From contig CATNEN010000005.1 in the NCBI GenBank assembly GCA_950097015.1, positions 1,860,001 through 1,924,000 of the forward strand: DNA of 64,000 nt. Direction: 5' to 3'. Source of the DNA: Macrostomum hystrix. Lineage: Eukaryota; Animalia; Platyhelminthes. Made by a program: the position numbers and the translations under genes. Under the pieces are notes generated by a model, which had not been told where the DNA came from, ran no database searches, and was given only the letters and a program-made list of their open reading frames with translations. Below are positions 50,541 to 61,141 of this stretch, piece after piece; position 1 is the stretch's first letter; each line of letters starts with the position of its first letter.

Positions 50541-51574
50541 ATTTTGTTGGGTCTAGATTTTGGGTGTTGTGTTCACGGATATTCATAACCGCCCTTTCCA
50601 CTTTCCCTTCCTTGGGAGTATAAAATCTACTGAAAGTAGATCTGAAAGCACTTTGAAAGCTGAAATTATTGAATTAAATGCAAAAAGTGGATGATTTGGC
50701 CATAGACAACATTCGAAAAATTCTTGGACTGAATGCAAAAGGCTATATCATAATGCGACTTGGCCGAGAAGCAAGTTTTTAGTCGTTCTGACGGCCATAG
50801 ATAAATGAATAAACTGGTACTTACTAAGGTGCCTAAGTATCTTATACTGCTCAATACTCTACTCAGTCTACTGTTAGTAGCAAGGATGGCAAACTTAGAC
50901 ATAATGACAAGTTGAGTAGACTAACAAAAAACGGAGACACCTTACGCTAAAGGGTATGGAAAACGTATATTTTAAAATTAGAACGTTATTATGCGGTAAT
51001 ACTACTGATATTTAAATGGCACATACTATGGCTTGCGAAAAGGCCAGGAGCAAGGAAGTTAACAGCTCAGTATTTTCTGATTTGACATATTGGTGCTGAA
51101 ATTTTTAAAATAAAAACATGGCTGATCAGGAGGACAACGATTGCTGCAAGGACTCAGATTGCTCCAGGTCCTTGTTATGCAGGTGAGAGCACTTTGTGTT
51201 GCAGCTAACTTGACCCTGGTCCCGAGTTCGAATCTCAGCAGGCCAATATCAAGGTATATCTTTGAGTCATTTCCCATTGCTGCAGTTACAATAGGTGCAA
51301 AAATGGATGTACCAGTCTTGGTTTGGTAGCCATATAGCTGTAAAGTAGGTTTCTTTACAATTACGAGGAATGCGGAAAGCACTATCTATGGCCAAACCCA
51401 TTTTCGTTTGTAAAATTTAAAATCTTTTGAAAAACCAGCCATTTAGAGCCCCAATAGGTGGCCCAAAAATAATTTCCCAAGGGGATAAAAGCAGACGAAC
51501 AGGCACCCTTAGACGAAATATACCTTTCCCTCGGAAACCAACGCCCCCAAACAGGCAAAAAATGTTCCTCCTAG

Positions 51575-52822
51575 CAGAGTTTGTCCCCGTTTTGCAGACT
51601 TTGCCCCCCCATTGCAGAGTTTGTCCCCCCTTAATTAGCAGAGTTTGTCCCCCCCTTAGCAGAGTTTGTCCCTCCTTAGCAGAGTTTGTCCCCCCCTTAC
51701 CAGAGTTTGTCCCTCCTTAGCAGAGTTTGTCCCCCCCTTACCAGAGTTTGTCCCTCCTTAGCAGAGTTTGTCCCCCCCTTACCAGAGTTTGTCCCCCCTT
51801 AGCAGAGTTTGTCCCCCCTTTGCAGAGTTTGTCCCCCACATAGCAGAGTTTGTCCCCCCTTAGCAGAGTTTGTCCCCCCTTAGCAGAGTTTGTTCCCCCT
51901 TTGCAGAGTTTGTTCCCCCCCTTTGCAGAGTTTGTCCCCCCTTAGCAGAGTTTGTCCCCCCTTTGCAGAGTTTGTCCCCCCTTAGCAGAGTTTGTCCCCC
52001 CTTAGCAGAGTTTGTCCCCCCTTAGCAGAGTTTGTCCCCCCTTAGCAGAGTTTGTCCCCCCTTAGCAGAGTTTGTCCCCCCCTTTGCAGAGTTTGTCCCC
52101 CCTTTGCAGAGTTTGTTCCCCCCCCTTTGCAGAGTTTGTTCCCCCCTTTGCAGAGTTTGTCCCCCCTTTGCAGAGTTTGTCCCCCCTTTGCAGAGTTTGT
52201 TCCCCCCCTTTGCAGAGTTTGTTCCCCCCCTTTGCAGAGTTTGTCCCCCCTTACCAGAGTTTGTCCCCCCTTAGCAGAGTTTGTCCCCCCTTTGCAGAGT
52301 TTGTTCCCCCCTTTGCAGAGTTTGTCCCCCCTTTGCAGAGTTTGTCCCCCCTTTGCAGAGTTTGTTCCCCCCCTTTGCAGAGTTTGTTCCCCCCCTTTGC
52401 AGAGTTTGTCCCCCCTTACCAGAGTTTGTCCCCCCTTAGCAGAGTTTGTCCCCCCTTTGCAGAGTTTGTCCCCCCCTTTGCAGAGTTTGTCCCCCCTTAC
52501 CAGAGTTTGTTCCCCCCCTTTGCAGAGTTTGTCCCCCCTTACCAGAGTTTGTCCCCCCTTACCAGAGTTTGTCCCCCCTTAGCAGAGTTTTTCCGCCCTT
52601 AGCAGAGTTTGTCCCCCCCTTAGCAGAGTTTGTCCCCCCTTACCAGAGTTTGTTCCCCCCCTTTGCAGAGTTTGTCCCCCCTTACCAGAGTTTGTTCCCC
52701 CCCTTTGCAGAGTTTGTCCCCCCTTACCAGAGTTTGTCCCCCCTTACCAGAGTTTGTCCCCCCTTAGCAGAGTTTGTCCCCCCCTTACCAGAGTTTGTCC
52801 CCCCCTTTGCAGAGTTTGTCCC
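51575..52822 (+). repeat. 20-22 bp satellite (GCAGAGTTTGTCCCCCCTTA)
   Basis: Visible tandem units with variable C-run. Confidence 0.96.
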
Positions 52823-53389
52823 TATACGGTTCTCGCCTATTCAATTTCGATTTCAGAATTTTGCGATACATTTTCTGCTGCGAGTGTTGTTCAGAGAATT
52901 GATCATAACTTTCTGAAATTATTTCCTCCCATATTGAACATAATTTATGAACAAAAAAACTTTTCTCGATCAAATTTTAGTAGACGAAAATGAAATTTTA
53001 GCCTAGAAAAAACCCTAGGTCAGGGCTATTTCTGTTTCTAGGAACTACCGCCAATGTTTCTATTTTTAGCTCTGATGCTTGTACACTGTATAAGGGCTGT
53101 ACTGTGTGCGCATATGTTACCGTACCCTCACAAATTCTAAATATACATTCCTGACCAATTACGCATGGAAAATCCACAAGCACTGGGCCAGTGTAGGAGA
53201 GTAGAGCTTCTAGAAAGCAGACTTTTTGCCTCTTTTTTTACGGCATTGCCCACAAGAATTGCTTTTTTATGTATTGTAACTTAAAAAAACTAAGTAATTA
53301 AATATACCAAAAAACTCATTGAGTCGACTCAACTTTAGCTTACTGTGTGTGCTTCAATGTGTCTTTACTTTTTGCTTGTGGTTTTACTG

Positions 53390-54500
53390 TGTCCATTGTT
53401 GATTGTTTGATGATTGTATCACATGTTGATTGTGTCCCATGTTGATTGTGTCCCATGTTGATTGTGTCCCATGTTGATTGTGTCCCATGTTGATTGTGTC
53501 CCATGTTGATTGTGTCCCATGTTGATTGTGTCCCATGTAGATTGTGTCCCATGTTGATTGTGTCCCATGTTGATTGTGTCCCATGTTGATTGTGTCCCAT
53601 GTTGATTGTGTCCCATGTTGATTGTGTCCCATGTTGATTGTGTCCCATGTTGATTGTGTCCCATGTTGATTGTGTCCCATGTTGATTGTGCCCCATGTTG
53701 ATTGTGTCCCATGTTGATTGTGTCCCATGTTGATTGTGTCCCATGTTGATTGTGTCCCATGTAGATTGTGTCCCATGTTGATTGTGTCCCATGTTGATTG
53801 TGTCCCATGTTGATTGTGTCCCATGTTGATTATGTCCCATGTTGATTGTGCCATGTTGATTGTATCACATGTTGATTGTGTCCCATGTTGATTGTGTCCC
53901 ATGTTGATTATGTCCCATGTTGATTGTGCCCCATGTTGATTGTGTCCCATGTTGATTGTGTCCCATGTTGATTGTGTCCCATGTTGATTGTGTCCCATGT
54001 TGATTGTGTCCCATGTTGATTGTGTCCCATGTTGATTGTGTCCCATGTTGATTGTGTCCCATGTTGATTAAGTCCCATGTTGATTAAGTCCCATGTTGAT
54101 TGTGTCCCATGTTGATTATGTCCCATGTAGATTGTGTCCCATGTTGATTGTGTCCCATGTAGATTGTGTCCCATGTTGATTGTGTCCCATGTTGATTATG
54201 TCCCATGTAGATTGTGTCCCATGTTGATTATGTCCCATGTAGATTGTGTCCCATGTTGATTGTGTCCCATGTTGATTGTGTCCCATGTTGATTGTGTCAT
54301 TTGTTGATTGTGTCATTTGTTGATTGTGTCATTTGTTGATAGTGTCCCATGTTGATTGTGTCCTATGTTGATTGTGTCCATTGTTGATTGCGTCTATTGT
54401 TGATTGTGTCCATTGTTGAGTGCGTCTATTGTTGATTGTGTCCATTGTTGATTGCGTCTATTGTTGATTGTGTCCATTGTTGATTGTGTCCATTGTCTAT
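53390..54500 (+). repeat. 16 bp satellite (ATGTTGATTGTGTCCC)
   Basis: Visible tandem units; explains the MGHNQHGTQSTWDTIN ORFs. Confidence 0.97.
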
Positions 54501-54823
54501 TGTTGATTGTGTTTAATATATATATATTTAATTTTCCATTTAGGAAAGCAAAATTATCGGTAATTCATGCGCAACACATTGCGACCGACTTATCGTGTAT
54601 ATTTTTTAACTATTCGAAAAAAAACTTAAATCAAGATAAAATCAAGATTCTCTAGATTTTAAAGCAATGATGCTTAACAACAACATTCCGAACCCCGTTA
54701 ATTAAAAGACATCTCACAAACACATTGCATCTAGTGAAGTTTACGCTGGATTATCGCACATTTGCATAAGCTTAAGGCAAAATAGATGAGTATATTATTG
54801 TTGAGTAAGAGTCCGTTTTTACT

Positions 54824-55240
54824 CTAGACGTTTCTTGTGTCCCCTGTTTGCTGACGACAAGCCTTGCACTTAAAGAAGTAGCACAGCCACCTGCAGCGAC
54901 AATATCAATTACAATAGACTAGTTTTTTGTTGCTTTACATGCCATCGATTCGTCTAGCTATCTGTCTATTGACATCATCTATCGATCAATCTATCTAACG
55001 ATCCATCTATCCATCGATCAATCTATCTAACGATCCATCTATCCATCGATCAATCTATCTAACGATCCATCTATCCATCGATCAATCTATCTAACGATCC
55101 ATCTAACGATCCATCTATCCATGGATCCATCTAGCTATCGATCCATCTATCCATCGATCCATCTAGCTAACGATCCATCTATCCATCGGTACATCTAGCT
55201 AACGATCCATCTATCCATCGATCCATCGATCCATCGATCC

Positions 55241-55311
<71 letters not shown>

Positions 55312-55462
55312 CATATAGCTATTGATCTATCTCTCAATCTTTCCAGCAAGCTGGCAGTAAGCTCATGTAAGAAGAAGCAAATTAGTGCAATTACCTGCAG
55401 AAGCACCATCTGCAGCAGGTGCTAGTCTCGCAGCATTCGTCATTCTGATGCTGTTCCGCCAT
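54824..55462 (-). CDS. Cys-rich microprotein 3, join(55462..55395,54890..54824), 44 aa: MAEQHQNDECCETSTCCRWCFCRWLCYFFKCKACRQQTGDTRNV
   Basis: aatcATGG start; AG|GTAATT donor, CTGCAG| acceptor; phase-2 intron in an Arg codon; similar to copies at 58012 and 59357. Confidence 0.75.
54960..55330 (+). repeat. ATCT/ATCCATCG simple repeats inside the intron of microprotein 3
   Basis: Directly visible. Confidence 0.92.
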
Positions 55463-55873
55463 GATTAGGCTCGAAATCTAATTTTTGCACTATTTTCGAA
55501 CTGTGAAATGATTCTTACATACTACGTTAAAAACTGGCCATTCTGATCCTAGAATTTATAGCCCAAAATGACTGCGAGTCTCACATGGTAGTACCGCGAG
55601 AAGTACCTACAGTAGTACCTCCACTAGTACCCGATTTTGGGTTGATAATTTTAGACATTACAAAAACTTTTGGCACCAATTTTCTTCTCGATAATTAAGC
55701 ATTCGTTTTGGTTTTAGAACAAAGCAACACAATTAACTAAAGAAATTAAATAAAAACAAATCTGAGATCTTCATTAGAACTACAACGGGATTCCCTTAGA
55801 TGTGACAAAAATAGAATGATGTACATCGTGGTTAAAATTCTGAATAGAGCGTTTTAAATTGTGCACTTATGCA

Positions 55874-57728
55874 AGACAAAGCTTCCACCTGACCTGTTAG
55901 ACAAGCCTTCCACCTAACCTGTTAGACAAGCCTTCCACCTGACCTGTTAGACAAGCTTTCCACCTAACCTGTTAGACAAGGCTTCCACCTTACCTGTTAG
56001 ACAAGCCTTCCACCTGACCTGTTAGACAAGCCTTCCACCTAACCTGTTAGACAAGCTTTCCACCTAACCTGTTAGACAAGGCTTCCACCTTACCTGTTAG
56101 ACAAGGCTTCCACCTGACCTGTTAGACAAGGCTTCCACCTGACCTGTTAGACAAGGCTTCCACCTGACCTGTTAGACAAGCCTTCCACCTGACCTGTTAG
56201 ACAAGGCTTCCACCTGACCTGTTAGACAAGCCTTCCACCTAACCTGTTAGACAAGCCTTCCACCTGACCTGTTAGACAAGGCTTCCACCTGACCTGTTAG
56301 ACAAGGCTTCCACCTGACCTGTTAGACAAGCCTTCCACCTAACCTGTTAGACAAGCCTTCCACCTGACCTGTTAGACAAGGCTTCCACCTGACCTGTTAG
56401 ACAAGCCTTCCACCTGACCTGTTAGACAAGCCTTCCACCTGACCTGTTAGACAAGGCTTCCACCTGACCTGTTAGACAAGCCTTCCACCTGACCTGTTAG
56501 ACAAGCCTTCCACCTGACCTGTTAGACAAGGCTTCCACCTGACCTGTTAGACAAGCCTTCAACCTGACCTGTTAGACAAGGCTTCCACCTGACCTGTTAG
56601 ACAAGCCTTCCACCTAACCTGTTAGACAAGCTTTCCACCTAACCTGTTAGACAAGCCTTCCACCTGACCTGTTAGACAAGCCTTCCACCTAACCTGTTAG
56701 ACAAGCTTTCCACCTAACCTGTTAGACAAGCCTTCCACCTGACCTGTTAGACAAGCCTTCCACCTGACCTGTTAGACAAGGCTTCCACCTGACCTGTTAG
56801 ACAAGCTTTCCACCTAACCTGTTAGACAAGCCTTCCACCTGACCTGTTAGACAAGGCTTCCACCTGACCTGTTAGACAAGGCTTCCACCTGACCTGTTAG
56901 ACAAGCCTTCCACCTAACCTGTTAGACAAGCTTTCCACCTGACCTGTTAGACAAGCCTTCCACCTGACCTGTTAGACAAGCCTTCCACCTGACCTGTTAG
57001 ACAAGCCTTCCACCTGACCTGTTAGACAAGCCTTCCACCTGACCTGTTAGACAAGCCTTCCACCTGACCTGTTAGACAAGCCTTCCACCTGACCTGTTAG
57101 ACAAGCCTTCCACCTAACCTGTTAGACAAGCCTTCCACCTAACCTGTTAGACAAGCTTTCCACCTAACCTGTTAGACAAGCCTTCCACCTGACCTGTTAG
57201 ACAAGGCTTCCACCTGACCTGTTAGACAAGCCTTCCACCTAACCTGTTAGACAAGCTTTCCACCTAACCTGTTAGACAAGGCTTCCACCTGACCTGTTAG
57301 ACAAGCCTTCCACCTGACCTGTTAGACAAGCCTTCCACCTAACCTGTTAGACAAGCTTTCCACCTAACCTGTTAGACAAGCCTTCCACCTGACCTGTTAG
57401 ACAAGGCTTCCACCTGACCTGTTAGACAAGCCTTCCACCTAACCTGTTAGACAAGCCTTCCACCTAACCTGTTAGACAAGCTTTCCACCTAACCTGTTAG
57501 ACAAGGCTTCCACCTGACCTGTTAGACAAGCCTTCCACCTGACCTGTTAGACAAGCCTTCCACCTAACCTGTTAGACAAGCCTTCCACCTAACCTGTTAG
57601 ACAAGCTTTCCACCTAACCTGTTAGACAAGCCTTCCACCTGACCTGTTAGACAAGGCTTCCACCTGACCTGTTAGACAAGCCTTCCACCTGACCTGTTAG
57701 ACAAGGCTTCCACCTGACCTGTTAGACA
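55874..57728 (+). repeat. 25 bp satellite (CCTGTTAGACAAGCCTTCCACCTGA), about 74 copies
   Basis: Visible tandem units. Confidence 0.97.
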
Positions 57729-57795
57729 GTTTATTGTCTGGCACAGCAAAAGAAATACCAAAGCTAATTGTCTGAAGTCGGGATCGAGCTAAATT

Positions 57796-58012
57796 TCAAT
57801 CCAGTTTCCAAAGTCCGAAGAAGCCACAGCAGCAAAGGATCCATATTGTTGTCTTCAGGCATCTGAAGAAAATTAAACAGGTAATTATATCGCGACTGCT
57901 TGATTATTCAAGTTCTCTAATTGCTTTTTTGGAGCTATTTTTTACACAAACTCAGTTCTCACCGGCACAGACAAGATCTGGGACCACAGCAGCCACCGTG
58001 TTGATCGGCCAT
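57796..58012 (-). CDS. Cys-rich microprotein 2, join(58012..57963,57862..57796), 38 aa: MADQHGGCCGPRSCLCRCLKTTIWILCCCGFFGLWKLD
   Basis: gatcATGG start; CG|GTGAG donor, TTTTCTTCAG| acceptor; 100-nt phase-2 intron in an Arg codon; AATAAA at 57730-57735. Confidence 0.75.
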
Positions 58013-58505
58013 GATCAGTTAGACGATAATAACGATTGAATATAAGAAAATATTCCTGTTCGAAATCCCCGAAACACATTAGAGAGTATATAGCAGTTGA
58101 TCATTGTGTTATGTACCATAGTACCCCCATCAGGTACAACCATTATGCTTTTAGCCATGTCGCCACTACCTGATTAAGATGATATTTTTATGAGGAATTA
58201 CCTATTAACTAATATTGTACAACCGGCGCTGAACTTGATTTAAAAATAGTTCAGCGTCCTATAACTATGTACATGTACTCTATAGTTGTAACTCTGCTAT
58301 TTTGAAAAATGAACCAATTCCGATAAAAATAAGTTTTAAGACAAATCTCTTGAAATCTATTTTTCTACTTTGCAAACCTTGCAAACTTGACGGCCTTAAT
58401 GTATATAATTGTTTTATTGCACAAAGTATTCGACTTTTGTACATAAACACTCTAAAAAACAATATTTACTTTATTAGAATTGTTCATGTAGTTCGATTAA
58501 CGTAG

Positions 58506-58812
58506 GAGTCACCTGTTAGACAGAAGAGAGTCACCTGTTAGACAGAAGAGAATCACCTGTTAGACAGAAGAGAGTCACCTGTTAGACAGAAGAAAGTCAC
58601 CTGTTAGACAGAAGAGAATCACCTGTTAGACAGAAGAGAGTCACCTGTTAGACAGAAGAGAGTCACCTGTTAGACAGTTGAGAGTCACTTGTTAGACAGA
58701 AGAGAGTCACCTGTTAGACAGAAGAGAATCACCTGTTGGACAGAAGAGAATCACCTGTTAGACAGAAGAGAGTCACCTGTTAGACAGAAGAGAGTCACCT
58801 GTTAGACAGAAG
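58506..58812 (+). repeat. 22 bp satellite (GTCACCTGTTAGACAGAAGAGA), about 14 copies
   Basis: Visible tandem units. Confidence 0.95.
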
Positions 58813-58871
58813 TTAGTTTGTCATATTCACAGAATAATTTTGGTTTTTAAGATTTCAAACAGTCTCGATCC

Positions 58872-59357
58872 TCATGGCCAGTCTGAAGTTAATCTTTGAC
58901 GCCGGGTGCTTCTTGCATCATCGCAGCAGCATTTGCATCGCAGAATATAGCACAGGAACCTGAAATTTGTGTGACAAAATAGTAGACTCTATACTTTAAA
59001 AAAGTACAGTTTAATTAGATTTTAAACACGGTAAATATGATAGCGTTCAACCTACCTTGGGTTGTAGCCTAGTGGTAAGAGCGTTTGATTCACGGCTCAA
59101 AGGTCGGGGGTTCGATTCTTGACTTTACAGGAACAATTTGTCCTTTTTACAAGACAACTTAACGCTGGGTTGAGGTTGTGTGTAACGTCCCCCCCCCAGT
59201 CCATGGACTGAACAGCCGTACGCAGCCTTTAGATGCTTACGGCTGGCCCAAATGGGGCAGGTGTAATCAATTATTATTATTATTATTATTATTATTACCG
59301 AAAAAGCCAGCAGCGGCAGTACAGGCAGTCGTCATCTTCCTCGAACTGATCGACCAT
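58872..59357 (-). CDS. Cys-rich microprotein 1, join(59357..59299,58959..58872), 48 aa: MVDQFEEDDDCLYCRCWLFRFLCYILRCKCCCDDARSTRRQRLTSDWP
   Basis: catcATGG start; CG|GTAATA donor, AAATTTCAG| acceptor; phase-2 intron in an Arg codon; RFLCYILRCK aligns with RWLCYFFKCK of copy 3. Confidence 0.75.
59059..59297 (+). mobile_element. tRNA-derived SINE with (TTA)n tail, inside the intron of microprotein 1
   Basis: A box TAGCCTAGTGG, B box GGTTCGATTC (59109-59118), body shared with copies at 6.7 and 26.6 kb, TTA tail 59271-59297. Confidence 0.75.
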
Positions 59358-59836
59358 GATGCGAAAATTTATTGAAGAGACAATGAAGAAAGTAAAAACT
59401 AATTTTTTTCAGGAAACAATTGCAATTTTCGCCTCTGATTACAAAGCGGTCAAGAGTGTAACCGCATGATAATATATGCACAGTCAAAAACATGTACTAC
59501 CTCCTTCATCTCTATCGAATTCGAAAATTTTTGCAGCCCAAAGTTGATAGATTTGGAAATGATTCTAGTGCCGCATAACAGACCTGGTGACTCGATAGCT
59601 GGGCGATCAAACACATCATTCGTCTGTATTCCTTTCGCCGTAATCGATATGTAACAAGGTAGTACTTGCATGCCCTCTAGACTAACTGTTTTAGGCTAAC
59701 TTCTTAAATAAACCTTTAAAACCTTGGAGATACCAAACATTAGTTCGTGTCTAATGTCTAACACATTTTCGTTAATGTCAAAAAAGTAGTGTAAAGTGTC
59801 TAACAGGGTCTAAAATTTTGCTTTGTGTTAAAACAT

Positions 59837-60620
59837 ATCTAACAGTTGTGTGTTAATGTCTAACAGATGTGTGTTAATGTCTAACAGATGTGTGTTAATG
59901 TCTAACAGTTGTGTGTTAATGTCTAACAGTTATGTTAATGTCTAAAAATTGTGTGTGAATGTCTAACAGATGTGCGTTAATGTCTAATAGTTGTGCGTTA
60001 ATGTCTAACAGTTGTGTGTGAATGTCTAACAGTTGTGTGTGAATGTCTAACAGTTGTGTGTGAATGTCTAACAGTTGTGTGTGAATGTCTAACAGTTGTG
60101 TGCTAATGTCTAACAGTTGTGTGTGAATGTCTAACAGTTGTGTGTTAATGTCTAACAGTTGTGTGTGAATGTCTAACAGTTGTGCGTTAATGTCTAACAG
60201 TTGTGTGTGAATGTCTAACAGTTGTGTGTGAATGTCTAACAGTTGTGTGTGAATGTCTAACAGTTGTGTGCTAATGTCTAACAGTTGTGTGAATGTCTAA
60301 CAGTTGTGTGTTAATGTCTAACAGTTGTGTGTGAATGTCTAACAGTTGTGTGTGAATGTCTAACAGTTGTGTGTGAATGTCTAACAGTTGTGTGTGAATG
60401 TCTAACAGATGTGCGTTAATGTCTAACAGTTGTGTGTTAATGTCTAACAGTTGTGTGTGAATGTCTAACAGATGTGCGTTAATGTCTAACAGTTGTGCGT
60501 TAATGTCTAACAGTTGTGTGTGAATGTCTAACAGTTGTGTGTTAATTTCTAATAGTTGTGTGTTAATGTCTAATAGTTGTGTGCTAATGTCTAACAGTTG
60601 TGTGTTAATGTCTAACAGAT
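59837..60620 (+). repeat. 21 bp satellite (AATGTCTAACAGTTGTGTGTG)
   Basis: Visible tandem units; explains the INTQLLD ORF. Confidence 0.96.
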
Positions 60621-60853
60621 GTTCACAGATTTTACAATTCTTTGTAATGCGGTTGTAACGCAACGACGTCGTACCGAATAATTAATCAGCACTGTTTACA
60701 CAGCAAGGATGCTCATTCAAATCATTTGTCTATGGCCAAAGTTTTCACAGTAAACAAGTTAACATTTTATTTCTATAAGTTGTCTGTGCTTTTCCCAAAA
60801 TATACGTAGCATATGAGTAAGCGTTTATAAATTTGTTACAAGTACATAATACA

Positions 60854-61141
60854 ATGTCGTCAGTAAATAGAACAGCAATCGTGGAACGGTTCGACTTAAA
60901 CTACATTCGTAGACATGCTTATCAACCTGAGATGATTGACTTCAAGCCAAAAAAGCTTCAAGAATTCTTCCTCCCCATTGGCAGTGTGCTGCTAGCCATT
61001 CTCTTTGGCATCGCCACAGTGATCGAATTCATCTGGCGTTTACGTCGCAACAAACGGCTGGCGGCTAGGGAAGTGAAGGAGGTTCGCTACATTGACCCCA
61101 TGCCAAACCTGTCAAAGCGGGAGTTTAAAAAAGTTAAATAA
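60854..61141 (+). CDS. 95-aa single-pass membrane protein of unknown function
   Basis: ATG at 60854; hydrophobic FFLPIGSVLLAILFGIATVIEFIW followed by basic RLRRNKR; GC content higher than the flanks. Confidence 0.55.
   Translation: MSSVNRTAIVERFDLNYIRRHAYQPEMIDFKPKKLQEFFLPIGSVLLAILFGIATVIEFIWRLRRNKRLAAREVKEVRYIDPMPNLSKREFKKVK

Noticed and set aside
49739-54316. ORFs such as ATDDLGV, FAEFVPP and MGHNQHGTQSTWDTIN repeats
   Set aside because: Satellite translations with no non-repeat coding flanks.
59059-59130. Possible tRNA gene
   Set aside because: A and B boxes are present but the acceptor stem does not pair and the anticodon loop is 8 nt; it continues into a repeat body and tail, so a SINE.
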